DNA of 64,000 bases from Tubulanus polymorphus. Its lineage: Eukaryota > Animalia > Nemertea. The translations under genes and the position numbers were made by a program. The DNA is taken from positions 13,390,050 through 13,454,049 of the forward strand of contig NC_134026.1 in the NCBI RefSeq assembly GCF_964204645.1, in the 5' to 3' direction. Of the stretch, positions 13,301-28,300 are shown piece by piece. Position 1 is the first letter of the stretch. The number at the start of each line of letters is the position of its first letter. Under the pieces are notes generated by a model. It did not search any database. It saw only the letters and a program-made list of their open reading frames with translations, and was not told where the DNA came from.

Positions 13301-16300
13301 CTTTAAACCAAATGAAATGGTTTGAAATGAATTCAAACCAAACGCAACGATTTTGACAGTCTTGTCTAGCCAGGATGATTATTCCACATAAAATTGAAGG
13401 TCATCGTTGTGTGCGATAAATGTGTTAACGGCAAACCTGATGAGATATACTATACTGTACGAAATACTGGAATGGACATGCCGATTGCCATTTCCGCTGC
13501 TGTTAGTAATTAGAAAATCAGGGTTTCAGGCCAGAGTACGAGAGTACGACACATCACTCATCACCACTTTTAATTTGTTTTCCTTATCAATGGGAGAGAG
13601 TGACTACCAATGAAAATATTATTTTCCATATTATAAAAAATACGTCAATAAATCAAATAAATCTCATCATGAAAAAACTGTAAATCATTTAAAAAAATCT
13701 AATAGATTTTGAAACCCCAGAAAATTCCAATGAAAGAAAAGAACGATTAAATGGAATGAAAAAAGATGAAATTAAATGTGATGTTTGTAATGAATTTATA
13801 GTAAAAAGGAATTATAAAAGACATCTTGAATCACAAAAACACCAACAAAATTTAATTAAAACTATTTTAGGAACAGAATATTTTGATGATCAATCTCAAG
13901 TAAAAAAACCAGTTTCAAAAACTAACCCTATTTCAAATAAACCTCATAAGGAAAATGTTAGAAATTACATTTATTCACTAGAAATAAAAGATACAATTGA
14001 AATTTTAGAAACATTACGTGGTAAAATTGGACCTGCAGCTTGAATATTTAGATGTTTTAAAGGCACAACAATAGAAGATTATAGTAAATTTATTGAAATA
14101 ATGGAAAGAAATAATGGATTTTGTAATATATGTCGAATATTCAAAAATAAGTATTGCTGGAAAAGTGAGTTTTATAAAATCAGAAGAATAGATGGAGTAT
14201 AATATTCAAACACATTCTGAAGAAATAATTCCAAAAACACATATAAAAATTAGAAAAAAAATATTTAATGAATTTGAAGAAAGATATTTGGAAGGTTCTG
14301 GTTTAACATTGAATGAAATTATATTTTTAGATTTATATATTTATAATACAAAAGGAATAAAAAATCATTAAGTGGTTTATTATGTTTTACATCTGCCTGC
14401 AAATGTTCTATGACGATGTTGATTGGGAGGACCACAGACTTAAGGTCAATATGTGTTAGTACGATTTCATTTATGCTGAAAATGAATTTCACTTTTCTGC
14501 CGAACAATTAAGCCTAGGTTATTTGTACTGTTAAACCTCATTAATGCGATTCTGTTAAAAAGACGAAACTAGGTTATTCTGATGTTTTCCATCATGTCCC
14601 AGCCAAGATATTTATATCATTCAAGATTTGGATACAACCGCCCATTTTTTTCGCATGAACTGTTAGGCCCTACCGAATAATTACACCAAAAACAGAACGA
14701 GTTTTCTGAATGCATAACAGGTACACAGCCAGCAGGACGCGAACCCACTTGTCGTCACTTGTTTTCGGCGTACTTAACAATGATATTTTCCTCCAATAAA
14801 CAACTCTGGTAAAATTTAATGAAATGATCTATCTTTATCGGTGATATCGTATCAAGTCGATGGCCTACCGTTTACCGTTTGATGTTTCGTGTCATCATGA
14901 AATGGTTTTAACTTTAGTAAAGGCGTTCCCGCACGATCAAATAACTTTACGGGTTTCAGCCAAGAGTAGGCCTGCCGTTCCACTGCCCTAGAAATATGTA
15001 TTCTGACGCGGAGAATCAATCCCAATTAATCCCATAGCTACAGATAGTTGGAATAAAAGTGATATTCAATCACTTTGATATTCATAAATCGGAGGTACAT
15101 AGTTTTATGTTTATCTATTCAGAACAGGCCAATCCCAATTATTCATTGTCAATGTCAACGCGAACGTATCACTACGCGATTATTTAACCCGTTCTCGTCT
15201 ACCACATAACTAACGAGAAAAATGCGATAGAATAACTTTTTGGACCATTGAATCAGCACGTGAGAATTGTAACTTACAAGCTAAGAAAATCAATTTTGTT
15301 CAAGTTATATTTCATAATTTATCAGGGTATGATGCACATTTATTTGTCAAACAGCTATGTCATAAAATAGAAGAAATCAATAACGAAATAGAAAGATTAA
15401 ATTCAAATAATCAAAAGATGTTGCTAAAATACCAACTTATGAATTTAAAATGTTAGCTAAAATATCTGAGAATTATATATGTTTCCAATTTGGATGTCTA
15501 AGATTTATAGATTCATACAGATTTTTAAGTAGTTCATAAGACAATTTATCAAAATCATTAGTTGATGATGAATTAAAAATATTAAAACAACATTATCCAA
15601 ATAATGATGATTTTCAATTAATGAGATATAAAAGCGCGATTCCATATTCATTTTATAAAACTCATAATGATTTTTATATAACTGAATTATTAAAAGAACA
15701 ATTTTATGATGAATTAAGATCCGTATATGTTAAAGATGAAGTTTATAATGGAACATTGAATATTCGGAATCATTTCAACACAAAAAATCATGGACAATTA
15801 GTAGATTTATATTTAAAATCAGATGTATCATTATTAACTGATATATTTGAAAGGTTTAGAGATGTAAATCTAAAATATTTTAATATTGATCCATGTCATT
15901 GTCATTCTAGCCCAGGATTAACTTGGGATTGTGGTTTAAAATTTACAGATATAAAAATGGATTTATAAACAAATATAGATCAATTATTATTATTTGAAAA
16001 ATGTATAAGAGTAGGAGTTTCTGGTGTATTAGGTGATAGATATTTTAATTATTTTTAGGTGATTATCATTTAAATTCAAAATATCTTGGAGCTGCTCATA
16101 AAGATTGTAATTCACAAGCTAAAAAAGTAAATTTCGTACCAATATTATTTCATAATTTATCAGGATATGGTACTCATCTATTAATAAAACAATTATCAGG
16201 AAAATTAGGCGCATTTAATCAAGAAATAGAAGAATATAATGCTATAAATGACGCAAATATGAGAAAATGTGATTTTAAACTACTAGCTAAGACATCTAAA

Positions 16301-19300
16301 AATTACATTTCATTTCAATTTGGTTGTTTGAGATTTTTAGATTCTTATAGATTTTTAGCAAGTTCATCAGATATTTTAGCAAAAGGTTTAAGTGATACTG
16401 ATTTTGTAATGTGTGATTTTGTATGATTTTTGAGGTGCAATTCCTTATTCATTTTATAAAACACCTGATGATTTTAATGTAACAGAATTATCAAAAGAAC
16501 AATTTTATGATCAATTAAAAGAGGAGTACGTGAAAGATGAAGTTTTTAATAGAACAATACATATTTGGATCATTTTAAGATAAAAAATCATGGTGAATTA
16601 GTAGATTTATACTTAAAATCACATGTTATGATATTGGCTGATATATTTGAAAAAATTAAGAAAGTTAATTTAAATCATTATAATGTTGATCCTTGTTATT
16701 GTTATTCAAGTCCTGGTTTAACTGCAATGTGGTTTAAAATATACAAATGATATACAAATACAATTAGATGTTTTAAAAGAATTTTAGAAGATTTTACCCA
16801 AGAATGAATCATATGTCATTTGATGAAATAATCGACAATATTTATAATATAGAACCAGAAACATTAGAAGAAAAAGATTATTTTATTAAAGGATTTCTTA
16901 TGGGAGATGGTTCAGCAGGTTTGTATAATTATGTTTGGAACAGTTTGTAAGATCAGTACCCGAATTATCGTACATTATCAAAGAAACACTGGATTTTGTT
17001 TTTACACAGCATTGTCATCTTCTGTCAGATTTACACAGAGAGTGGATAATGATTTTTATATAACTGAATTATTAAAAGAACAATTTTATGATGAATTAAG
17101 ATCCGTATATGTTAAAGATGAAGTTTATAATGGAACATTGAATATTCGGAATCATTTCAACACAAAAAATCATGGACAATTAGTAGATTTATATTTAAAA
17201 TCAGATGTATCATTATTAACTGATATATTTGAAAGGTTTAGAGATGTAAATCTAAAATATTTTAATATTGATCCATGTCATTGTCATTCTAGCCCAGGAT
17301 TAACTTGGGATTGTGGTTTAAAATTTACAGATATAAAAATGGATTTATAAACAAATATAGATCAATTATTATTATTTGAAAAATGTATAAGAGTAGGAGT
17401 TTCTGGTGTATTAGGTGATAGATATTTTAATTATTTTTAGGTGATTATCATTTAAATTCAAAATATCTTGGAGCTGCTCATAAAGATTGTAATTCACAAG
17501 CTAAAAAAGTAAATTTCGTACCAATATTATTTCATAATTTATCAGGATATGGTACTCATCTATTAATAAAACAATTATCAGGAAAATTAGGCGCATTTAA
17601 TCAAGAAATAGAAGAATATAATGCTATAAATGACGCAAATATGAGAAAATGTGATTTTAAACTACTAGCTAAGACATCTAAAAATTACATTTCATTTCAA
17701 TTTGGTTGTTTGAGATTTTTAGATTCTTATAGATTTTTAGCAAGTTCATCAGATATTTTAGCAAAAGGTTTAAGTGATACTGATTTTGTAATGTGTGATT
17801 TTGTATGATTTTTGAGGTGCAATTCCTTATTCATTTTATAAAACACCTGATGATTTTAATGTAACAGAATTATCAAAAGAACAATTTTATGATCAATTAA
17901 AAGAGGAGTACGTGAAAGATGAAGTTTTTAATAGAACAATACATATTTGGATCATTTTAAGATAAAAAATCATGGTGAATTAGTAGATTTATACTTAAAA
18001 TCACATGTTATGATATTGGCTGATATATTTGAAAAAATTAAGAAAGTTAATTTAAATCATTATAATGTTGATCCTTGTTATTGTTATTCAAGTCCTGGTT
18101 TAACTGCAATGTGGTTTAAAATATACAAATGATATACAAATACAATTAGATGTTTTAAAAGAACCAGACATGGTTTTATTATTTGAAAAATCAATTAGAG
18201 GTGGAATTAGTGGTGTTATGGGAGATAGGTATTTTAAAGCAAATGATGAATATAAATTATTATATATTGACGCCAATAATTTATATGGTTGGGCAATGAT
18301 GCAACCTCAACCATATAAAAATTTTATATTAACAGAAGTTGAAAATAATAAAACTAATTGGGAAAGCGCAATTATGAGTTTAGAAGATGATGCTCCAATT
18401 GGTTATTTCTTTGTATTTGATTTAGAATATCCTGAAAATATAAAGTTTAAAACAAGAAACTTACCTTATTGCCCAGAACATTTAGCCGTAGATGATAGTT
18501 ATCTAAGTGAATATCAGAAAAAAATAAAACCGAAAGACCATGTTTTTACAGAAAAATTATCATTAACACAAAATAATAAATATATTGTTCATTATAGAAT
18601 GTTAAAATTTTATCTAAAACAAGGAATGGAATACAAGAAAGTGCATAGATATATTGAATTTAATCAATCGAAGTGGTTAGAAAAATATATAGATTTCAAT
18701 ACTCAACAGAGAACAATATCTAAAGCAGATTTTGAAAAAGATTCTTTTTAATTAATGAATAATAGTTTTTTAAGGCAAAACATGTGAAAATATTAGAAAT
18801 ATTAATGATATTGAATAAGTAAATAATTCTGAACGATTGAGACATTTACAATCAAGTCCTAGACACTTAGGAAATAAAAGATTTGAAGATTATTTATCAG
18901 CAGTAAAGTTAAAAAGAACGTCAATGAAATTTAATAAACCTATATTCATTGGTTCAAATGTTTTAGAAATATCATAATTATCAATGTATGATTTTTATTA
19001 TAATGTTTTACAACCACTTTTTGGGGAAAACATATTGAAATATTATATTTTGATTCTGTAACAGCTGATACCCCAATTTTATTAAAATATAATAATCAAA
19101 TGTAAATTAGAAGAATTTCAGAAATAATTCCTAAACAAAATGAACGTTATATTTCATATGGTAAAAAAGAATACAAATAAATGGATTAATGGATGTTTGG
19201 ACAAGAAATGGATGGAAAAAATTAAAGAATATTATTAGGCATAAAACGAATAAGAAAATTTATAGAGTTAGAACTAAGTTAGGGTTTGTAGATGTTACTG

Positions 19301-22300
19301 GAGATCACAGTTTAATTAAACAAAATTGTGATGAAATAAAACCAACTGATATAAAAATTGGAGATGAATTATTACATAAAAGATTTTACCCAAGAATGAA
19401 TCATATGTCATTTGATGAAATAATCGACAATATTTATAATATAGAACCAGAAACATTAGAAGAAAAAGATTATTTTATTAAAGGATTTCTTATGGGAGAT
19501 GGTTCAGCAGGTTTGTATAATTATGTTTGGAACAGTTTGTAAGATCAGTACCCGAATTATCGTACATTATCAAAGAAACACTGGATTTTGTTTTTACACA
19601 GCATTGTCATCTTCTGTCAGATTTACACAGAGAGTGGTTTGACCTATCTCATCTAGTTAGTTATGCTACTGCAATTTCAATTAAAGGAGCCCCTCTACAG
19701 AATTGCTGGGGTTTCATCGATGGGACTGTCCGTTCAATTTGTCGCCCAAAATATAATCAGAATATCGTTTACAATGGCAATAAAAGAACTCACGCGGTGA
19801 ATTTTCTAGCCACAACTATACCAAACGGTATAATAGCCAAAATGTGGGGGCCTATTGAAGGCAGATGGCATGACTCTGGTATGCTCAGGGAGAGTTGGAT
19901 TTTGCCTGTAATCCAGGCAAGAATGAATGATGGAAACCGTAGGCCTATGTGTTTGTATGGGGATGCGGCTTACCCATCGTCTGATTATCTAATAGGCCCT
20001 TATAAAGGAGCTGTGCTTAATGAACCGGAGACGCAATTCAAGACAGATGTCAATTGTAAGAGTTCCCGTCAAATGGACGTTTAGTCAAATTGTCTTTGGA
20101 TTTTTAGATTTTAAGAAGAACGTAAAGCTGTATTTGCAGCCTGAGGGCAAATTATATTTAGTGGGGACTTTTCTTAGTAACTGCCGAACCTGCATATATG
20201 GCAACGAAACATTATCTTACTTTGAAATGCAGCCGCCAACATTAGACCGATATGTTAATGGATAAAATTTTGTGTTATAAAACGCAAAAATTGTAATCAT
20301 ACAATGAAAAATGACATTTTATTCACTTTTGTTTTCAATTAAATATTCACATTTTTGAAATTATGTCTTTTCAATTATTTTTGAAAGCAGCTGCAACATC
20401 ATGTCGTCCTTTTTTGCCTGGGCTTCCTTTTCTTTTCTTTCCATCTCCATCGTTCTTGCTGCAGTTTAAGTTATGTTTTTCTCAGTTCAAACTCCCGGTC
20501 AATCTTTGTACGCAAATAATCTAGAGCTGCTGATGTTGAGGACACTTGTATATTCTGCTTCACCCGTTTTGAACTTTCACCTTCTTCAAAAAAAGAAAAG
20601 GGTCATATAAATGTTATTGTAGCCAATTATTAGAATGAAAGGAATCACTAATATAAGATACTACACTAAGTTACACATCACTTTCTGATCCAATCATGCA
20701 TGTTTCACGGATAATATTTTTACAGTACTACAGTTTTTGCGCAGAATATTTTATTTCAATATATGCAATTTGGTTGATGTTTGCCTGTGAACGGAATGAA
20801 GCGGTACCGTGAATAATAGTACCAGGTTCAACATTCACCATTCATTGCTAATGTTACTTCTACAGATCTAATCCCGGTACCACAAGCGCGTCATTCGAAA
20901 TCTATCCAGGGTTCATAGATGCAGTGCAGGAGTAAGTCAAATTGGCACCGTATAGTTTGGTGCAGCTGAAAAGTAGCGATGTCTTTCAGAATTTCTCTGA
21001 CCTTTTTGGGCACAAAAATATTAACTTGCAGGAAATCTTCTTCCGAGTGATTTTCGAGTGATTTAAGCTATCATAAGTTAGAACGAATCTGGAAAGATTT
21101 GCCGAACGTACCTTCGGTACGTTAAACGAAATTTGATATTAGGCTAACTAGCTTTTCTGGTAATTTAAAACTGTCATTATGTTGATATATCATACAAATG
21201 ATAATTCAGGCGAGTTTGAATGTTTCTTAAAAGGTTGTTTTGTGATATTTCATTTTAGGTTTGTCGTGCTACGTGCCCGTGTTCACTTTCACGGAATGAG
21301 TAACTCCACTACCAATGTACCACCGGGGCCAGTTGCTCAAAAGTTGGTTACAGTTAACCAGTGGATAGTTGACATAGTGACGATTGAAATATCATTGTTG
21401 CTATGGTATTTATCCGCCGGTTGTCTTTAACCAATTTTTGAGCAACTGGCCCCAGAAATTGACACATCAGGGGGTGTTATGATTATTCAAAGAAATTTTG
21501 AATGTATAGGGTTTTCGAAGTCGGACCTCGCCTCAATAGGCCTAATTTCAACTTCCCGATTCCGACTCCTGTTCGATCCTAGCTTGAAATCGAGAAACAA
21601 CAGTCAATCGTCCTTTAGTTGTGGTTAGAGTATTAGACTAGAAAAATAAAACCGAATTATTTCATTATCTTTAGATGCATTTGTAGATGTTGATTTAATA
21701 TTCCGCGTAGGAGAGAATTAGTACTTTTCAGAAAACGGTTGCTTATTCAAAGTTGGACTTCTAAGTCGGGGAATATTTCTTGGTCGCAAACTACGTACAC
21801 GTGGACCGACAGTTTACGCATGGTCTACCGTTCTCTGCATTGGGCACGGACGAATAGCTCTGTACTCTTCTACATCTCCCCTATTTTTTTGCCATGAAGG
21901 TACTACAAAAATTGCACACCAGGCAGGAACTGATTTCAAATCTGATTGCAGTTTACAAATTAAGAATAATTCCAGCTGATTATGAGAAACAACGTATCAT
22001 TAAGCCCAACGCACACGGCACCGAAAAAACGTTTTTTCCTCGTGAAAAAACGTTTTCGATGTTTTTTTTGTTATGCCGTGTGCGGGGGAGGCAAAACAAA
22101 ACGCCGAACTTAAAATCGTTTTTCACTAGCAAAAAACGTTTCCTGAAAAACGTTTCTGTTTCTGCGAAACAAATGTTTTGCCGTGTGCGCTGGGCTTTAG
22201 CCGATACAAAAACTGATTTCGGTTGATGTCAAATGATAACTCACATGATAGTTTACAGTTTATTTTTATTATAAGTCGCACTGATTTTAGTTCTATGTGC

Positions 22301-25300
22301 ATTAGATATAGGTTTAAAACCCATTGATTCACGATACGAAATCCATTTATTAGGATAATTTTCCGTGAGGCTTTAGAAGGCACCATGGTGCTTTCTAAAA
22401 TGATTTCGTCTTGGTGTAGGGCCGGTAGGCCTACTGTAAATTAATAACATTAAATCAAAGAAATGGACAACAGTTCACTAACATATTTCTGATATCGTAC
22501 GATGATTTTAATAATTGAAAATTGGGCTAGGTGAGAGTCAAAATTGCGTTGTTACCATCAATTAAAGTATATAAATCGTTTAATTCGGCTCGGTTTACAT
22601 TCGGATTTTCACATATTTCGGACTAAAATTCAAGTCCCTTTACTAGGTTATTTCTGTTCAAATGAAAACACATTATTTGCATTTCGTCCAATTGACTGAA
22701 TTTCCCATCCCCTGCTGGTGATCCGAATTTAGCGAATTTTCTAATCTTTTGAGCAACTTTAATCGTTTTTATTTTGATTATTTTCCAGTTTTTGTTTTTT
22801 ATGTATTTTGCTATACATTTTTCTTATTGATAAAATAAATTTCAAACGTGAAAAAGTATTACTGTATTGTTTCGATCTTCACTTACAGGTTCAGTCGTGT
22901 GGGTAGATGGTCCAATTCTCTAAAATTCCGTGTATTCTATTCTCCACGGCCAGAACCAAAATCAAACTTTTGGGGTTTAATTAAACAACGGCAATAACGT
23001 TGCATGAGTGGAAATTACAGTTGGATGCTCTGATTGCACACCCGCTATGAACAGACCGCAAAGTAGGTATAAATTGCGTCCGAAGCATAATATGGAATTT
23101 GAACCTACTCACACTGTATGGCATTAGCTCGTCAAAAGATTCCGTTCACAAGCAAACATCAACCAAATTGCTCAATATATATGTTCCGTATATGTTCGGA
23201 GGTCTTCAGCCACGACAATAATTGTTGAGCTTCTGATTTTAATATAAGGCGGTCTTTTCACTTTACTGCAATATGAGTTACAATTTAACTAATAATAAGC
23301 TAATTGCTAGTGAACTTGCTGACACGATATTCCATGGCTCGATTGCGTATGTCCATCCCTCTTTCATCTATGCGCACTGCGTCTTGCTTCTTTTCGATCT
23401 TTGCAGTTTTTAACTCCAAATTTTCCTCAGTTTTAGGGTCTATTATTTCATATAATTCTGCGATTTCTCTGTGATATCCTCTTCAATTCCTGACCTAAAA
23501 ATATGAATGATTTAAAAAGAAATCCATTCTAAAAAATATCAAAAAGCATAGTTGTATCCTACTATGGCATGATTTTTAGGAATAACTTTCAATTTTCAAT
23601 TAGCAATTTAGAATACCAAACTTTTATTTCTTTAGAAACTCATAATGTCGGTAGTTATCATAGTTATATACTCACGCTTTAAAATTATCGCTATTTTCTT
23701 TTTTTCGTTTATCCGTCAGTAGGATTATACGCTCTCTAGCTCGCCCTGCGTCGATCAAAAAATCATCTTTACTTTGCCCACTTTCTGGGATCCGGATATG
23801 GATTGCTGGCTGCCTAATTTTAACAGCCTCCTGTCATCTTCCTCCGAGAATCTGACAGGAGTTTTTTTTACCCGTGGCCATTTTAGTAACGGTTGTCGTT
23901 ATATTAAAAAGGAACTAAATTTCATTTCGTAACGCGAACGTATAGAAATGGACCGTAGGGGCGACTGCTAGTAAAGGACTTTTTAACAAAAGACTGACCA
24001 ATCCTTCATATTGATACGCCTCGAGATGAGTTGCCGCATCCCGATGATTTCAACCCAAGTTTTAAATTCGCACACTTAAATATTCAAAACGTAACAACCA
24101 AAAGTCATCTATTAATTAATTATTCTGTTCGATCGATCTAGAAAGGCGTAATTTTGATTTTTCGATGGTTTTAGTAGCATAAAACCACATTCCCTGGAGC
24201 AAACGACATATCGGCCACCATACTATTTCAGACGTTTACGTTGGCGTTCACGTTGCCCGTGCTTAAACTCTGTATTGACATTTTTGCAACATGTTCGCGT
24301 TATGAATAGATACAACGCTATTGAAGTTTTCAGTTTCAAGCATTTTCTAGTCGGAACACTACTCTTAAGATGATGATTTATGACCAATACAATATATAGC
24401 CAAGTTAATAAGATTCCAAGGGTAATCCAAATGGCAGAGTAAATGGTAGAAATTTGGCAAATAGTTGTTAAGAATAAAACTGCATCCAGTTTTCGCGGAA
24501 TGTATTCCTATAGCTGCCCCATAGAAACTCAAATCAATACCCATGCAGGATGGAAATGCGAAAGATTTAAGAGACAGCAAAGCCAGGAATAGGAGTTATT
24601 TACTGTTAAGATTATCGACAATACATAAAAAGCTATAACTGTATATATAAAGTTAATATGAAATGAACCATGAAAATGGGTGGCATGAGATTAGATGTTA
24701 AACATATGAAGTAGGCTAAATTTCCCTACATTGACCATTATGTTAGTTTTAAAAAGCTGACATACACTAGAATTTATGCAATAGGGGGTAACATAATATA
24801 TAACTGGGTAACTAGGATTTGAGTTAAATCACTCACGTATTGGTGAAAGCCTTACCTCCAGATACTTTTATCAGCTGAAACGTATTAGCACTTGATCTAT
24901 TCGAGCACATATATTGGTGACATCTTTTGCTGTACCTTCCATACGGCTGAATACATGTCCCATCCGGTGTCTGGCAACCTGAAGTAGTTGCATAGTTAGT
25001 AGCCAGGTAAGTATTTGCTTAAAAGGCTTACACCTGGGACAAATTGCAACAGGTTTGTTTCTATTTCGGTACTGGTAATTGTTAGGTAATTGTTTTGAAA
25101 CGAGATTGTGGATATCAGCATTACTGAATTATGCAGTTACTCTAAGTGAGGTAAATAGAGAATATGTTGACAAATTTGTTCAGTAGCTAAAAGAACAATA
25201 TGATAGATAGGTAGAAGAGCAATATCTTCCATATAATTTATCCATGTACACAATGGCTTGCATAGATTTTCTAAACTTGATTTGACAAAAAGTTATCAGT

Positions 25301-28300
25301 AACAATTAGCTGACGAAAAGCTTGAACACTTGAAACTAAGTGAATGTAATTAACTTTTGCAGGTAGAAATGACCATGGGAACATACGCAATGTATGAAAA
25401 TATTCTAGACCTAAAGGCTAAAGGATAATCATGTTCAGGTTATTATGTTTACTACATGTATTCATTTACAGTGCATGTTGGTTATTATTTTCCGTACAAT
25501 TGTGTGGGAAGTAAGATAAACCAGTGACTGGCATAATCGGTTTTTTAAAACATGTACATGAGTAATGAATTTTCCAATTCCAACAAATAAGGTAAATATT
25601 TTTATGAGGGTGCTAGAAGGCTCAGCCTACCTCAAAATTACTGTTTTAATGAAAATTGTGATTTCCTGATGAAACTTATCTCTTGATACTGATCTTACTA
25701 GGCTTAGCCTCAAAATCTATTTCGATTTTGAAAATACGTACTTTATTACGCTTCAATTTGTGCCGCATCGGCGACGAACGAGAGAGCTATTATGACGACT
25801 AGCCAAGAACTCGTCCAAGGACGGGTTTTATCGCGATCGATTTGATAACTTTGCTTCTCGTGGAAAACACAGGTATTAATTCATCTTAAAATTGGCCCCT
25901 CTTAATTTTTTGATTGGTAGATTTGACTTGACTTGATTTCAAGGAAACTTCGGCTACCTTGCGCTTGATACAAAAGCACACAGCCCGCCCGAACCCGTAA
26001 TAAAGTTTCGCAGTTATCCGTATGAATGGTATAATTATAGGTATGAATGTTATGCGGTATGTGATCTAGTGCCTGTAGATGCCATATTGAATCTCGGGAT
26101 TGTTACCATATTCGCATTCATAATAAGCCCACAATCATCCTTTTATGAAACGAGCGGGATAATGATGACTTCCGTATGTCCCGGCGAAATAAAGCACAAA
26201 TTATCTTGAAGAACATCAGTTTAATGAGACAAACAATTCGTTAACTCGACGAAAGAGTACTATTCTTAAGACTCTATTCCCTAGCAAATCAATGCGGTTA
26301 ATACGATTGCTAATCGAGCCACACTGATATGCTGTACGTCTGATTTTAAATGTTCGGTTGACATTTATTTTACCTAAACTCTTCAAACGATCTATTTTCA
26401 ATTCCCGTACACCATAATGAGCTAAGGCAGTATATAAAAGATTCTCGCAGCTGATAAATTTCCGAGAGTAAATTCCACTTTTTAATTTAAACAACATCAG
26501 CATTGCGTTTGTTCGGAATCACCGAAATTATTTCGATCATACATGGACGGTGTTTTGCAAAAGTCAGCTATGCCACAAGATGAAAAGTTTTGATAACAGC
26601 TGCTGGGGTAAGTATCGAATCATTTTTGTGTATTCCATTTTGCAATATAAGCTTACCTACATCGTTCCACGTATTGTGGTGGATAATGATTTCAGATGAT
26701 TGTTAGTTTCAGGTTGAGTATCGTAAGTCCTATTTTGCAAAGAAAGCTGTGTGGGTTAGATGGTTTTATGTAAAATTATACTTGATGGGTGATGGAATTT
26801 GCCTTACATTTCGTATAACCCTCCACGCCTCATACCTTTGAAGGAGTAAGGAATAGTGCAATGCTATTTTTTGCAGTGAACAGCCCTTGAAATCTGAGTC
26901 TGAGTGCTGTTCATCGGGATCGTCATAGTTCATAGTTTACAACGACGTCGATGAAGCACGTAGCCAGAGAACACGTCTTGTGGCACCACCTGTAATTGCG
27001 GTGCCCCCTGTTATTTTCCGTCATTCGTTTATGTTCATTTACTATTGGTTCGCGATTTTGAATTTCATTTTCCAAAATGGTTATCTTACTTATGATATCT
27101 ATATACCGATTATCTATAAATCAGTGAAATAAGTTGATTTTGAAAAACGAAGAAAATGCCATGCCAAAGGCCAAATGCCATGCCATGCCAGGATTAGAAC
27201 TTGCACATAAAAAAACTTTGTCATATAAAATAAGTTCTTATTTTCATATAATAAAATCTCAAAATGATGATTTTAGGGTTAGCTGACTTCCATGTAACAC
27301 CATTCAGATATTCTCGCTTACCATTTGGTTGAATTATCCATCCAATATTTTGTACGTAAAAATCACTTTCGATTCTTTGGTTATGATCAAAACGACCTGT
27401 TGTAAAGTCGTTTTTGCTACTGAATTCGTCGGTTGTAATTTAGTTTAGGACTAGTACTTAGGATCTGTACCTCATCACTCTCATCACTAAGCTTATTCAA
27501 TCTGATTGTTATTAAGTTCCTGGTGCATTAGATGTAGAGTATGATTGCCTCGCAGTTGTTGAGTGTTCGTCTTTTTGTGGAGAAATCTCTGCTTGTTCAT
27601 TTCCATGTTTTGTAGAAGACCGGTATTGTCCGGCATTAATATCGTTTCGTGGTACTTTTTATAATTGCTTGTCGAGGTTTGCAACCCGGCCTGTATAGTA
27701 GCAGTAATTAGAAGATGGCGTTTTCAGATCAGAGGTCGAGAGGTCGAGACACCACTCATCAAAGCTAGGCTCTAGTGAGAACGGACGATTGCTCTGTGAC
27801 ACACATATACAGTGAGTGCGCGTAACAACAACTGCGCGTGGATAGATCGATACAGTGAGTCTCTACTGAGAACGGTTATTAACGCGTGTGCTATTACTGT
27901 AGTAGTACAGTGATTGCGTGTCAACTGTACCCGGATAAATAGATGCTGTGAGGCTTGGGTGAGAACGGTTAATAGCGTGTTTGTTATATACAGGGGAAGT
28001 AATCCCCACTCATCACCACAAGTAATTTGTTTTCCTTATAAATGGGAGATAGAAAAGCATTCTTAGCAACAATAAATAACAGAATAAAACCAGCAAAAAA
28101 ACAATTTGAAATAAAAAAGTTAGTTGATGTTACAAAAGAAATTGAACATAAAATATTGAAATTAGAAAAGATAAAAACTAAATATGGAGAGAAAGTATCA
28201 GCGAATTTAAGCTACTGTAATGTTAGTACATCACGAGAATTTAAAGTGTTTTTACCCGATAAATGGGTTTCATTGAGTACAGAGGAATTGAAAGATTTAG

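Larger units (their letters stand above)
13505..19526 (+). mobile_element. Decayed, rearranged Polinton (TIR plus pPolB pseudogene pieces)
   Basis: Starts AGTAATTAG.... ORFs at 13756, 15621, 16565, 17947, 18170 and 19189 are close homologs of the pPolB at 40835-45907 (for example YIDANNLYG and YLKSDV). Many stops and frameshifts; unrelated DNA at ~14370-15260. Confidence 0.92.
20765..23171. mobile_element. Non-autonomous MULE-like element
   Basis: 33-bp TIRs GCAATTTGGTTGATGTTTGC(C/T)TGTGAACGGAAT. 9-bp TSD TCAATATAT at 20756-20764 and 23172-23180. Confidence 0.88.
20375..23882 (-). pseudogene. Probable Harbinger accessory (Myb/SANT-like) gene remnant, convergent with the transposase and interrupted by insertions
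   Basis: Fragments RARERIILL..K (~23720), SGIEEDITE (~23480) and ALDYLRTKIDREFELRK (~20500) are typical of the Harbinger second gene. Confidence 0.5.

Noticed and set aside
488-13505. The two decayed Polinton ends as one element
   Set aside because: They face outward, their flanks do not match, and host exons lie between them.
26216-26503. 95-aa ORF as a host gene
   Set aside because: LLYTALAHYGVR resembles a heavily decayed LINE RT fragment; too weak to annotate.
27776-27968. Three TGAGAACGG motifs at ~90-bp spacing as a CRISPR-like array
   Set aside because: The repeats are only 9-12 bp, lie inside a eukaryotic viral TIR, and no cas genes are present.
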